NCBI RefSeq assembly: GCF_008831285.2
Contig: NC_045138.2
Location: forward strand, 31,124,001 to 31,188,000
DNA length: 64,000 nucleotides
Direction: 5' to 3'
DNA from: Nymphaea colorata
Taxonomy: Eukaryota
Notes under the pieces: generated by a model
Told to the model about the DNA's origin: nothing
Databases searched by the model: none
Seen by the model: only the letters and a program-made list of their open reading frames with translations
In this document: piece by piece, positions 42,955 to 57,332 of the stretch
Position numbering within the stretch: the stretch's first letter is position 1
How the letters are laid out: each line of letters starts with the position of its first letter
Made by a program: the position numbers and the translations under genes

Positions 42955-44717
42955 TTTCTCAGTAATAAAGGACCAAATCGATAGTCACTTGGATAAGCAG
43001 GTCATTTAGTGTCCGCTACTTTACTTGGACATGAAAAAAAAAAATTAACATTCAATTAAGAAATTGGATTGGATTAAGTTTTATGAAATGACATCTGAAT
43101 GCATTTAGATTTAGATTTGGATTATATTTACCATAAGTAAATAAATCTTATATCCAATGTTCATACATTTTGAAAATTGTTCCTTAAAATATGTAATGGG
43201 GTTTTAATTTTCAGATTGAAATATCCATTTAAGAATCATATTTGAATCGAATTCAGATCGTGCATTCAAATTTGGATTTAGTTATGGTATTGGTCTTTTC
43301 TTCGTTCGTATTCGAAGCCAAGTATATGAACATTTGAAAAAGTAAGATATATAACATGTAACTTAAGCCAACCTCCTGATTGTCATAGGTGGCCTAATTT
43401 TTTTCCCTAATGTTTGAATGCTAGGTTTTTTTTTCAAAGCTGGGTTACATGCAAATGCATATGTACTTGTATAATGTATATTTTTATAACTTATATGCAT
43501 GACATATACCCCAAAAAGTAGGTCAAGGAACACATGTCATGCACTAAAGGCTGTGTATTCCAAAACTTTAAGTTAAAGCTTTCTCACTCTAAAGTCTAAA
43601 CTACAACTGGCACGAGAAGTTCTTCCACAAAAGGCATTTCTCATTTTGAGTACTAACAGGATGAGAGGTCTCCTTCACAAGATTAGTCAGCAGCTACGAC
43701 GGTCAAACTTTGAAACTTCAACTCCCTCCTCTCCTCGAGATCTCGTGAAAATTTTTACTTCACGTTGATCGGCTACCACTTACAGTTACAAGCGATGACT
43801 TTAATAGTATTTTTGGGGTTTTCCGTCCAAGGGCTCCAGTTTTGCTAATGTTACTGACGAGGTACGTCCCGAATTTCTGATTTTCGAAATGCATTTCTCA
43901 CTTGGGTTGTCGTCAAATTAACAAAACCAAAACTCTTAGTGTGGGATTAAGTGGTTCCGAGTCAGGTCGGAGTCGTTGGATCCATTTCTTACCGGATTCA
44001 ATTCAAACGAACCTTATGTAATGGGATCGAGTTGAACATAGATTCATATCCTGGTTCAAAAAAATTAACATCTTAAGCATGCTTTGGAATTTAATTAGAA
44101 GTAGAAAGTGAGACTTTAAATGGAAGTTGCACTTTTAATTAATTTTCATAAGAGGCTCATGAAGTTCAATTCAACATATGACCCACTAAGAGCTTAGAGC
44201 TCCCTTCAAAAGTCTAGGGTCTTGAGTTTGCTTTGGTGTTCCAGCGGGGTCTCACTCTTTACGGATTATTGACTAGGCAGGCAAGTGGTACTAGGGCCAA
44301 CTTTTAAAATGTTATGGATGAAAAGAACAGTGTAAAATTAACTTCATGTGACACATAAAAACAAAACATATATGCAATAAGAAGAAGCAACTATATAGTA
44401 AATATTCGGATGTTGCGTAGAAACTTGTCCATCTAAGTCGGTGGACGGAGGCGCCAACTGACTTGGTTGGCCCTACCTACAAGAAGTCAGAATCGGCTTT
44501 TCGGCCGGCGATGATGAGAAGTTCTTCAAAAGTCGGACCACAAATTGTGGGTTCAAGCGACTCTCGTCCTCTTACAGTCACGGGCCTTTAATAAATGGCG
44601 TCTCTTCGTCAACACACTCTTTAAGGAGTCCAGGTGATGAAGTCAACAAAGTTGTGCCATAATGTTCAAACCTCAAGGTCATGCTCTCGTGAAGCATGAA
44701 CGTGGCTTAGATTTTCC

Positions 44718-44725
44718 TATAAATA
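44718..44725 (+). promoter_or_regulatory. TATA box of peroxidase B
   Basis: CCTATAAATA ~120 bp upstream of the ATG. Confidence 0.7.
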
Positions 44726-44840
44726 TCGATTCCTTCATCTACTGAACCGCATCACCATCACAACTACAATCTCAATCTCCCTCTCTCTCCGTCTACTACA
44801 TTCTCTGTCTATCGGTTGCTCCTTCTGTTAAGCATTTAGC

Positions 44841-46059
<1,219 letters not shown>

Positions 46060-48953
46060 TTACAGAGAGAAAGAGATCGGAGAGTTTTTGACTTGTTTCG
46101 ACAAAATACATCCCTCTTCGACTGAGTGTTGACACTGTGTCTAAGCTCATAGTAAGCGTGGTTTGTTATTGTGAAAGCAAGTGCTGTGCATGTTCACATG
46201 AACATTTTGTTCCGTTGTAGTTCTAATTAATGGCAGAGTGTTTGTGGACTATAATCATGAAATCAAGGAACTTTGTGTTTATCACCTTGTTGCTTCTTTT
46301 GGAATTGTATGAATCAACGTATCTCAATATGATGTTATATAATTTTGTCCAGTACTCTTTATCAATCTTCTTGAATTGCATGCCAACACTTGACCATCAT
46401 TTGTTTCGGATTTAGATCAGCTACATGGTATATTTTCTTAGTAATTTTAGACATGAAACAAAATAAACCTCGGGGTTATTAGATGCTTAAGCTTGCCTTG
46501 AGAAACAAAGGAGTTGTTTGGGGGACATATAATAAGAAGAAAACAGAAGATAAAGAATGACTCTGGCTGTTGTGAAAATGATTGATTATGCGAAGGTTCA
46601 AGCGTATCATGTGCCGAAACGGATTCAATCCACCGAGTCGATCCGCAGAGGCCCCTCCCACCTAAAAGACACAACGTCCAACGAAGGCGCCGTGTCATGC
46701 AGTGCGCCGGTCGACGACGCATCGACATCTGCAGATCAACAGCACACTGATCATGTGTTTGGCCAGAGCTTTCATTAGGTCTGAACCGCATGTTCAATCT
46801 CAGCCTGATTCTAATTAAGCAAAATTTGGTTAGGCTCAAGCTTGGCTCATTTTTGGGATCAACTGATTTACAGAAAGATTTTTCGTTTGTTTTTTCTTCT
46901 TTGGTAAGAAGATGACAACTAAAAGATAGTAACTACTGTTTGAAGAAAACGATACTGTCATGCGTTTGTAGGTAAACAATCTTGTGATCTCTATAAGAGC
47001 GTGGGTTAAAGCTTTTCGAGCTCTCTCTTTTGGTCCTTCACATCAACCCAATGAAAGTGTTTTACAAGGTGCATGATGCGATGAATTGATTCAAACTAGA
47101 AGAAAAAAGAAGCACCGTTTGTTAATATATATTTGAGCGGATACTCTTCAAATATAGACGCAGATCCTAGATGAGCAATAGAGGGCAGTACATATTTCGA
47201 CATTTGTTCTAAAAAAAAAAAAGAATGCCTAATCCGTTCTTCGTAAAGAACACCCTTTTAACGTGTGATATTTATATTTGGAAAATGCATCATTCTCGTA
47301 AAGGTATAATCGTGAAGGGAAGAAACCTAATTGGCTTAATGGGGGTAAAAACGAACCTGGTGTGACTGACCTGATAGAGCACCAGCCATATGATGGAGGA
47401 ACTTTTCAAAGTTGGACATATTCACTTGTTACTGTATTACAACAGAAAATCTGATCAGTTTTTATTCTAGTTTTTTGTTGGTGGATTCTAAGAACAACTA
47501 TCAATGTGTGCATGTCGCGCAATAAATCCCGACTCTTGTGAAGAGGGCAATGCAAGCACAATTTGTGGATAGAGAGACTGCACGCCGTCGTCGGCAATAA
47601 ATGCCTCGAGAACTGACTCTGCCGCTAAACGCGGAGTTGACTGTCCATTTGGCCGGTCACTTCAGCATGTCTAAATCATTGAACAGTATGATATTATATT
47701 AGTTTTCTATTCAACATTGCATTGGTCAACCATTGCTAATTAATTGCAACATTTCTTCCAATGCAAAAGGTGGTCGACGGACTTACTCGAAGATAATTCC
47801 GGCCGCTTCATCTTCCTTCATCGGCAGTCAAATCGTTAAGCAAGCTTGTTGAGGTATAGCGTTTCACTGGTTGTTGTCGATACAACCATGCAGGATATAT
47901 ATGCCAACAGTGTGAGTGAAAGATTGTTTCGCGTATTAACATAACCCCTTCATGATGACGTGCACAATTGAATGTATTCCTATTACTGTTTTATATAATA
48001 TAGTGATGTTGACTAAAGACATCTTAGTTAATTAAAGACATCTTAATTTTCTCTCTGTGGTAGGTAATTCATAAACCAAATCGTCAAAATTATATAGTAA
48101 CTAGAAGTTAGTAAAGAGACACTATTACAAAGGGAAGCAAGATGACATGCATCAGGCGCTTGGGTACTAGTGCAAAGTGGATATGTTGCTCCAAAAATTA
48201 AAGTTGACCTTTTCTGGAGCATTTTCTTTTTGTTTCATGATACTTTTTGCATTGCAAAGGTAGCTTTGTCTTTTGCAAAAAGGCCACTTTTCCATTTTTC
48301 CGATTGTCTTTATAGGGAGGATCTTATTTCTCAAAAAAGGCAACGAAAATCAGTTTAATATTAGAAAATGACCCAAGATTGAGCGTAATTATAACAAGGC
48401 TTTGCTTAATTAGGACATTTAAACAGGCTGATATTTGATATGAGATTCGAAGGAGCTTCTAAAAGCCTGGCAAGAACACCGTGATATATATATATATATG
48501 CCTGCTGATAATAAACCAATTGTTCGACAGCCATCTCCTGCTCCTAAAGAAAGCCTGAATCGTAATTCCATGTTCCTTTTTTCTATATTAATTATATATC
48601 TGCTAGCTAGATTCACGCCTAATATGCGCTAGCTACTTAACTCATACAATTCAAAAACCACCAATGAGGTGATGATCGAACACAAACTTCCTTGATTTCA
48701 TAAGTATAGTCCACAAACAATTTCCCATTAATTAGAACTGCAACAGAACAAAATGTTCATCTGAACATGCATCGCACTTGTTTTCACAATAACAAACAAC
48801 GCTCAATAAACTTAATTAACACAGTGTCTACACTCACTCAAAGAGCATATGTCTAACTTTTCCTTTCATTGAAGAAAATGTACGTAAAACCTTTTGTGGG
48901 GAAAGCTAAGAGTTGTATTTTATCGAACTCAGAAACTCCCTCTCTCTCTCCAA

Positions 48954-50155
<1,202 letters not shown>

Positions 50156-51084
50156 GATTGCTTAATTAACACAGAGATCGAGATCGAGAGATTGCAGTAG
50201 AGAAAAAGAAAGAGATTGAGATTGTAGTAGTGTTGGTGGTGTGGTGGAGACGATGAATGAGTGGATATATATAGGCAAATCATGGGAAGCTATGTAACCG
50301 ACACCATCTTCTCCGAAGCTTGACTTCCAGGTCTGAATACGATGGCACAACTTTGTTGACTTGTTCATAATTGGGACTCCTTGTGTAGAGAGAGAGAGAG
50401 AGAGAGAGAGAGATTCATTAAATGCACAAGAATACTCGCTTGATCCCTCAAATTATGGTCAACTTTTTGGAGAACTTCTCATCATCCATTCGTTCCGCTC
50501 TACTGAACTTTGAAGAGATTCTCATCATCATCCACTCCAGTTAACTGGCCTCCACCCGAAAAGCAGATTCTGACTTCCCTTATACAGGGCCGACGATCAA
50601 CACCTAAGTTATGGCGGACTTGGTTAGGTTTCTCGTTGAGCACCATCCGGGTGATGGAACAATATTTAATTACTATATATGTTCTTCCTGCCTAATATAT
50701 ATATTGTTGTTATGTGTTGCATGCGTTTTTACACTGTTTTCATCATTTATATCATTTTCCTCTGTACCAATATCTTTTGGCCAAAAAAAAAAAAAAAGAA
50801 AGAAAGACTAATCTGCTCCCCTGTCAAGGTCAGAAAGATGGTGTATCAGAGAGAAATCGAAACTCAAAACAACAAATTTAGTGGTGCACTTTTTTAAACT
50901 TCTTTTGTTTTAGGGGAGCGCAACATACTCTGCCTCCTATTCCGTACTTATAATGTGGAAGCAAGGAAAAGCTTTGCCGTATAATTACAAATAGCCAGGA
51001 AACAATATTGCTCACTTGATTTAATAAGTTACAGAAGAAGAACTAAAAGCTCAAAAGGCAACCGGATCCATTGCTCGTGGCCGA

Positions 51085-51528
51085 TAGGGATGTCAACTGG
51101 TTAGATTCAGTCAGACAAAATATAGTCCTTACTATATCCAGTTTTTGTCATGTTCATACATTCATATTTGGATTTGGATTTGAATACAAACGAAGAAAAT
51201 CTATGCCATATCTGAATCTGAATATAATTTTTGAAATTTGAATTCCGATTTTTTTATTAGTATCCGAATCCAACGTATTTAAATTAAATACAAACAACAT
51301 AACGTATGTCAAATACACAAGGTTTAGTATTTAAAACTACATTCAATCTGAATTTGAATCTAATCAGAAATGTACAAATTTTGAATCCGATTGGACGTCA
51401 TTTTTGAAGTCCAAATTCGATCCAATGTCTCAACCAAAGATTGAATTTTGTTCCATATCCATTTCTTGTTGAAACAATTTGGTTTATTAGATATTGAATC
51501 TGAATTGAATGTACAATTGACATCGCTA
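51085..51528. mobile_element. Full-length ATCCGA-rich hAT-like MITE
   Basis: TIRs TAGGGATGTCAA / TTGACATCGCTA (11/12); flanks GTGGCCGA / GTGAACGA (6/8, putative TSD). Confidence 0.78.
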
Positions 51529-51888
51529 GTGAACGATCAAGTACCCAATTAATGTTCAGCCGGTGCTGTAACATTAGTCTGCCGATCCGTGAGTCGGACA
51601 GGCAACTTTAATTAAGGTTTGGTCGGTCGGCAGGAGGTCAAACATAAATTGGAAGTCAAAATTTGAAGAGCTGGCTAGCTCCTCACGGTTCACTCTCAAG
51701 CTTGCAAGTTCTCTTGAGTTCGTTTGAACGTGAGCACGGTCAAAACGCCAAGTTACTTGGGGCCGACATGATCTGACTTTGTTGGTCGGTCTAATTTAAT
51801 TCTAGTTGTGCCCACCTTGCAAGACTCAACCCGCATTGACAGCAGAACATTTTCTAGACATATAATATATTACCTACTTCTTCCTTAG

Positions 51889-51954
<66 letters not shown>
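51889..51954. repeat. (CT)n(AT)n microsatellite
   Basis: Direct runs. Confidence 0.95.
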
Positions 51955-51959
<5 letters not shown>

Positions 51960-52044
51960 GTCATCAACATACATATTATGCCTAATATTGCGTAGATTCA
52001 GTTCTATGCAACCCTTTGCCTTGTTAACAACAATTGCCATTGAC

Positions 52045-52543
52045 TAGGCTATTCTCAAGTTCAAGCTGAGTCGGGTCAATAAATGGAACCCGATCAAATG
52101 CCTTAAGCAACAACTCAAGCTTGAGTTGACTAACTAGAACTAGGTTTGGTTAAGCTTGGATATAGATTTGCCTTGAGGTTAGCCGATCTTTTTATTAAAA
52201 AAAATTTTTTTTTAACATGAACAGCTACAAAAAGAATTGAACCTGCAAACTCGGGTTTTGCTAGCTACAGTCAAACCCATTGAACCTGTTAGCTTTTTGT
52301 AATTATGTAGATATTATCTTACCACATGCTTAACCAAGTATAATGAGACGACTTTGTGAGTTTGACTCGTTTATTTGTTCGAGTCTATTTCTTAGCTTGA
52401 ACTTGACCCATTTTTTAAATGAGTAGGACTCGAGCCAAGTTTAGCCAAGCGAGTTGAAGTCGAAAATGAGTTGAGCATGAGTTGTGTTTAGCTAAGTAAA
52501 TTCAAGGCGAAGCTAAGTTGGCTTGACTTGTTGAACATCTCTA
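52045..52543. mobile_element. Degenerate CTCGA/TTGAG-rich MITE-like element
   Basis: Repeated GAGTTGA/CTCGAG/AAGCTTG motifs; ends in TGAACATCTCTA, resembling the terminus at 37045. Confidence 0.45.
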
Positions 52544-52950
52544 CCATTCATCCACAAGTTAGTACCTAGCGAGTTATCTTTTTTTTTCAAAAAAATAACA
52601 ATGTAAAAAGAAAAAGCGACTACCAACTTGCTTCGTTGACCTAAACAACAGTCAGAGCGCGCCAACATGGTGTGTTGACCGCCGCATGAAGCACCGACGG
52701 ATCATGAACAGTGCGCGTAATTGAGACGAGTAAATGACGGAGTGAAATATGGTTGAACTTTTCAAAGTTTGAGGGCGAAGAATCATTTGGCGGCCGACTC
52801 TTGCGAAGAAGATCAAGCGTCAGCAGAAGGTAGTAGCAGCAAGTAGATCGTTGTCAATCAATAAATGCCTCGAGTGCTGACTTAGCCGTTTTCTTTTTAC
52901 TGAATAAATTAAGGGAAAAGCAAAACTCAGGGTATCGTAAATTTTCAGTC

Positions 52951-52958
52951 TATAAATA
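52951..52958 (+). promoter_or_regulatory. TATA box of peroxidase D
   Basis: CAGTCTATAAATACTCACCAC, shared with copy A. Confidence 0.7.
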
Positions 52959-53046
52959 CTCACCACGTCCAAGGAGTTCTACAACAAACCCCCACAGCCA
53001 ACATCTCTCTCTCTCTGTGTGTGAGTTGTGAGTTTAATTGGCAACC

Positions 53047-54316
53047 ATGGCCAAGATTTCTGTATTATCAGTGTTAGTGGTGGTGATGGGTTTGGTGTTT
53101 GCTTCAGGGGTTACTTGCCAACAGCTCTCCCCCTCCTTCTACTTCAGAACTTGCCCACGGGCTCTGCCTGTCATAAGGAGAGAAGTTTTTTCTGCCGTCG
53201 CAAAGGAGCCAAGGATGGGAGCCTCGTTGCTGCGCCTTCACTTCCACGACTGCTTTGTCAATGTACTTCTACTCACACACACTCTCATTTCTCAACCATA
53301 AACTGAACACCAAAATCCCATTTCCCTTACTGCAAATCCTGCGTAGAATATTGTTTTAATGGTTCACTTTTGCCGGAAAAGTAGTCGGACATTACTTAAC
53401 TGGTTGCCTCCGTGTTTACAGGGCTGCGATGGTTCCGTCCTCTTGGACGACACGCCGACCATGACAGGGGAGAAGAACTCCCTGGCCAACGCCAATTCGG
53501 CCAGGGGGTTTGAGGTCATCGACAGCATCAAGTCGGCTGTCGACCGTGCTTGTGGTGGCAGCGTCGTCTCCTCCCCGTGATTCCGTGGTCGCTGTGAGTA
53601 CTCCTTCCTCGCCCTTACAAACTTATTAATTATCATGGTGGAGCATTTTGATCATGAGTGTCCACTTGATTCCATGAGGAAAATGTACACTAAACCACTT
53701 GACCTGAGAAAGTCTTGGTCTCTAGAGTCTAAACTAACTTATATATACGTGAATATATGTGCAGCTAGGAGGACCATCATGGCGGGTGCAACTGGGAAGG
53801 AGAGACTCCACCACTGCCAGCAAAGATGCTGCAGACACCAACCTTCCGTCTCCCTTCTCCAGCCTCGCCACCCTCATCTCCAGCTTCCAGAGCAAAGGCC
53901 TGAATGCCAGAGACCTGGTTGCACTCTCTGGAGCTCACACCATTGGCCAAGCACAGTGCAGGTTCTTCAGAGCCCGCATCTACAACGACACCAACATCGA
54001 TCCTCAGTTCGCAAGCTCGCTGCAGGGGTCATGTCCTGCCTCTGGTGGAGACAACAACCTCTCTCCTTTGGATCGCTTCACGCCCACGAGATTTGATGGG
54101 GCTTACTTTGGCAACTTGATGTCAAGGAGAGGGTTGCTGCATTCAGATCAGGAGCTCTTCAACAATGGAACGACGGATCAGATAGTGAGAGCCTACAGCT
54201 TCAACCCTCGCCTTTTCTCTGCAGACTTTGCTCGTGCCATGGTTAAGATGGGGAACTTAAGCCCCCTCACTGGGACCAATGGCCAGATTCGACAAAACTG
54301 CAGGAGGGTCAACTGA
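53047..54316 (+). pseudogene. Class III peroxidase copy D, frameshifted
   Basis: Exons 53047-53262, 53422-53593, 53765-54316. Exon 2 is 172 nt versus 195 nt in copies A-C. The net 23-nt deletion removes CADILAVA and creates TGA at 53578-53580. Confidence 0.9.
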
Positions 54317-54885
54317 GAAAGGGAAAAAGATTCAAAGCTTTTTGAGCCACACCTCAATCATTTTCTCCATGTTAAAGTGTATTTTCTTTTTCAATAATGA
54401 AAGGAAGAAAGTATTATATATTTCCCGTTGTTTCAATTTCAAGTGTATAACTTGAAGTAAAGTCATCCCTAAACCATCTAGAGCAAAATAATTGAGAGAG
54501 AGAGAGAGAGAAAAAAGAATTGGCAGGTGCTAAACACTTAAATGCTTGACTGATAAAGAACAATCCCAGTTATTTTTTTTTTGTATAAATAGTTGAAAAA
54601 AGAACAAGGAGAAAAAAATGGTAATGAGGTACTTTTTTCATATAATATTATTAGTTCATATTTTTTATTTTTTTCTCTTCATTGCGAATTTAAGAAAGAT
54701 CAAGAGCTGATATTCGTTAGCAGGGTAGCATTTAAGCGTTATATATATATATATATATTGTAATGAATGGTTGAAAGAAAAATACGTAAAAATGTGTGAA
54801 CTAATATTAAATGATGAAAATGTATATCATTTTTTCTCATTATTTTTCTTTCAACTATCTATCTACTAAGATAACTCATACATCT

Positions 54886-55163
54886 CTTAGGGGCGAACTA
54901 TGTGACTCTTATGGCTACTGTTCAATTCTCTCATTCTCGTATATATACCAAATAGTGAATATTTTTTGACAACAAACTTTTAAGGCTACTCATGTAGCAT
55001 CTAGCCGGATTGAATTGTGTGTGTGTCTATATATAGCCACACACACACACACACACACACGATTCAATCTTTTCAGATTTTAGATGAGTAACATATAAAA
55101 TTGTGTTGTTAAAAAACAGTTATTACACTGGCATATATTACTTATGTGATTCACCTCTCTTAA
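54886..55163. repeat. Long imperfect foldback (inverted repeat), probably a MITE
   Basis: Nested complementary blocks around CTATATATAG (~55027-55036): GATTGAATTGTGTGTG/CACACACGATTCAATC, TACTCAT/ATGAGTA, TTTTTTGACAAC/GTTGTTAAAAAA, ATATATACCA/TGGCATATAT. Confidence 0.7.
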
Positions 55164-55591
55164 GTGAACTTAATTGTGTAGGACAAGAATGAACGCACAA
55201 TCATATAGTATATAGACATGCCCATGAGTTGAACGTTAACCCCTCAGATGAGGACTGACCACAAAATCTTATGAGGACAATAGACCATGAGCAATCTGAG
55301 AATGCAGTGTACCGAGGAAACGAATTAACGCAATCTTAAGTACGTCTACAATGCTCTCTACAGTACTGCAGCTCTCTTATTTACATGCAATTAAAAGTGG
55401 GCTGACTACTGAGATAACGTCCCAGCCATAAAGACAGAGCTCATCCCCAGCATGGCTTCCTGCTCAACCATTTGCACGGCTGAATTTATCTGGAAAATCA
55501 AGTAGGTGGTGATCAATTAAGCGCAAAGCATAATCAAGCAGCATACTGCTGCATATTGAGTTAATGTGAGTTGAAGCATATATTCAAACAC

Positions 55592-55733
55592 AACATTTTG
55601 TTACTGTCTTACGAATCTGTTCCAAAAAGTGGAGCACATTTATAAACACTTGTTGCCATGTTTTATGAATCTGCCTTACTTGTTAGGGCAGGTTCATAAG
55701 ACAGTAATTGAGTGTTACTATTACCAAACAGCC
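55592..55733. repeat. Short hairpin-forming element (MITE-like)
   Basis: TTACTGTCTTACGAATCTG...ATAAACA pairs with TGTTTTATGAATCTG...CAGGTTCATAAGACAGTAA; ends in ACCAAACAGCC (Tourist-like end). Confidence 0.65.
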
Positions 55734-56394
55734 ATAAAATATATATGAAGATCTTTTATGTATGCTTTAATACCATAGAGGTGTAAGTTTTTTAACATAA
55801 GTTCTGATCATTCAAAATGGGGCCTATCTTAAATTTATAGTTCTAACAAATTATGGATTTAGGACCGTGGATTTAAGATCTTCATTAGGGATCTCATGGA
55901 ACCCAAGGATCTAAAATCAAAGAAAGGGATGTTTGACTTGGCATGTATGAATTTCATGGTGCAAGGTTTACAAATTGAACAATATCGGCCGCATTAGATC
56001 TCCAAGTAAATCCGCGTTGTCATTAATCAGGGGAGGACAATCACAATCTATGTCTATTAGTGAGCATTATCTATTAATTATGTTTCTATTCGTTTCGTGA
56101 CCTTGCCGTATATTATTACAGTTTAATTTGTTATTTTTAGTAGTTATTTTAAATGTAATTACTAGATCTTTTATTGTCAAATGCTGTTCTTAAAACAAGT
56201 ACTCAACACAAATTAGTTTTACCAGGCCGGTGCAACATGAGCACCGCACGAAACATATTTCCTGCAGTATCAAAAGTCTATTTCAGTGTTTCTTTGCCAC
56301 TTACAACCAATTCGGCTGATCATTGAGTTGAAACATTGACTGAAATGGGAGACCTGACTGATTTGATTTTCAAACTCTTTTCATCAAAGAGAAG

Positions 56395-56431
<37 letters not shown>

Positions 56432-57332
56432 CAAAAACTTGTAAAGAACATTACACCAGTCATTTTCCAAATTGTAATTATAAAAATTTTGCGTAATGGC
56501 AGTTTATCCATCCCAGCTCTAATTTTTTGTGAGCAGGTCCAGTTCATGGATTCTAAAAATTTACACTAGATGGCAGTACAGAACAGTGTCGCTTTCATTT
56601 TTTTATTAGCTTTATCCGATATCTGGCACACAAAAAAATTGTGTTTTATGTTAAAAATATATATATCAACGTAGTAAATAGATCTTTAATTAGAAATACT
56701 TTCGCTTCTACAGTTAAGTTAATTATGTTGTTGTGTGTCGAATGTTATCGAATAGTTAAAAATTAAAAATCTATCACTAAAGAACAATATTAGCCAAAGG
56801 TTTATGATGTATGTAATAACGGATCATGATGTTTGAGCAACCATTCCTTGTGATTTTAACTATCAATTTCAAATTTTTAACCATCCGATGGTACGAAATT
56901 CTCCGCGTAACTGTGAACTATGCTTTGAGAAGCATTTACCGTGTGTAAATAATCATACAAATCTTTCGTTAAACAATATTGCAAACCATAGTTTTTTTCT
57001 TTCACTCAGTCCACGTGTTTACTGCTTTAGTAGCCGCCACTCATCAACGGCGGATCGAGCTCTTCGTGAGCGTATCCATATCTTGGGTATGGAGACTTCC
57101 ACGGTTCCCCGTTCTCTGTGGCAGAGCATCTGCGGTGGACCTGAATTGCCTTTACTGCCAGTTCTCGAGACTTCCTTCCAGAGGACCACAGCCACACACG
57201 CACATGGAAGGCGAGAGTCTACGGCCAACCATTTTCAGTGTCACACCATCACCCAAGAGAAGGAAGACAAAGAAACGGCTTACAACAGAAAAATAACCAA
57301 AAGAAGGAGTGCAGTAGAAGAACGGGAAGAAA

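Noticed and set aside
44196..44210. 15-nt match TAGAGCTCCCTTCAA to the reverse complement of miR159
   Set aside because: The 5' six bases of the miRNA are unmatched and no complementary star arm lies nearby, so it is neither a precursor nor a credible target.
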